From: Acidobacteriota bacterium
GTDB taxonomy: Bacteria > Acidobacteriota > Thermoanaerobaculia > Gp7-AA8
Assembly: GCA_021781455.1 (NCBI GenBank)
Contig: JAJXWV010000026.1
Location: forward strand, 40,304 to 104,303
Length of the DNA: 64,000 nucleotides
Direction of reading: 5' to 3'
Made by a program: the position numbers and the translations under genes. Positions 63,615-64,000 of this stretch are shown here, one piece after another; the first letter of the stretch is position 1, and each line of letters begins with the position of its first letter. The notes below the pieces were generated by a model that had not been told where the DNA came from, did not search any database, and saw only the letters and a list, made by a program, of their open reading frames with translations.

Positions 63615-64000
63615 TTGCCCGTGACGAGCAAGTGCTCCGCCTCGAGCTCCTTCAGCAGCGCTTCGCTGCCGCGAAACTGGAACGCTTTCAGCCCGACATC
63701 GCGCGCAGCGACGACGTTCTCGATCAGGTCGTCGATGAACACCACGTGCTGCGGCAACGCGCCGATGACTTCGAGGGCTCGATGAAAGATTTCCGGATCG
63801 GGCTTGGCCACCTTGAACCGGTACGAGTAGACGAAGCGGTCGTCGGGCTGGAAAAGGGCCGAGAAGCGCTTCGGGATCACGTCGGCGTGAACCTCGTTGG
63901 AGTTCGACAGGAAGGCCACGCGGTAGCGCCGGCGGACGCGCTCCAGCACGTCTTCGATTCCCGGCACCGGCCCGTCGAAAAAATCGCTCCAGATGTCCTG
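63611..64000 (-). CDS. HAD-superfamily hydrolase, C-terminal part (gene continues beyond the right edge)
   Basis: The reading frame is open to position 64000 (...QDIWSDFFDGPVPGIEDVLERV...). HAD motifs SNSN, K..PDPEIF and FIDD. Confidence 0.7.
   Translation of the reverse strand, partial: QDIWSDFFDGPVPGIEDVLERVRRRYRVAFLSNSNEVHADVIPKRFSALFQPDDRFVYSYRFKVAKPDPEIFHRALEVIGALPQHVVFIDDLIENVVAARDVGLKAFQFRGSEALLKELEAEHLLVTGK

Overview
High-GC bacterial chromosomal segment. The gene content looks Acidobacteriota-like, but that is an inference and was not tested. I call about 60 protein genes and recognised no rRNA, tRNA, CRISPR array, transposase, integrase or phage module.

Coding content:
- Respiratory complex I dominates and is split into three operons: nuoA-E-F (minus strand, 15443-13020), nuoG-H-J-K-orf-L-M-N-rex (plus strand, 19935-30057) and nuoB-CD-I (plus strand, 42804-45928).
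- Rex operators sit at the promoters of the two plus-strand operons.
- Other content: an MCP with a periplasmic partner; an RpoD-like sigma factor with two sigma-4 domains; an ECF sigma / anti-sigma / DUF4252 module; a GGT; tandem parvulin PPIase paralogs.
- Signalling and lipid genes: a hybrid kinase plus a SARP/BTAD-receiver regulator, and a KAS-methyltransferase-FAD trio.
- A radical-SAM / methyltransferase / glycosyltransferase cluster.
- An orphan FeS + NrfD membrane module, followed by a sensor kinase, a sigma-54 activator, an archaemetzincin, and a sigma-54 promoter driving a small membrane peptide plus a monoheme cytochrome c.
- A GAF/HD-GYP protein, and a BoxB/PaaA-like diiron protein next to a Cys-x4-Cys-His lipoprotein and a putative outer-membrane protein.

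Most unusual signal (non-coding): 17 intergenic hairpins in which each arm is itself a tandem array of a 7-10 nt word. They fill every sizeable intercistronic gap of the nuo operons and several divergent promoter regions.

Other repeat families:
- a REP-like palindrome, GTAGGGACGCGCAGCAGCGCGTCC;
- a nested-hairpin element of about 190 bp, present twice;
- a perfect 29-bp inverted repeat;
- a short sense-oriented motif placed directly on or after stop codons.

All functional calls rest on motifs read by eye. No database search was possible.
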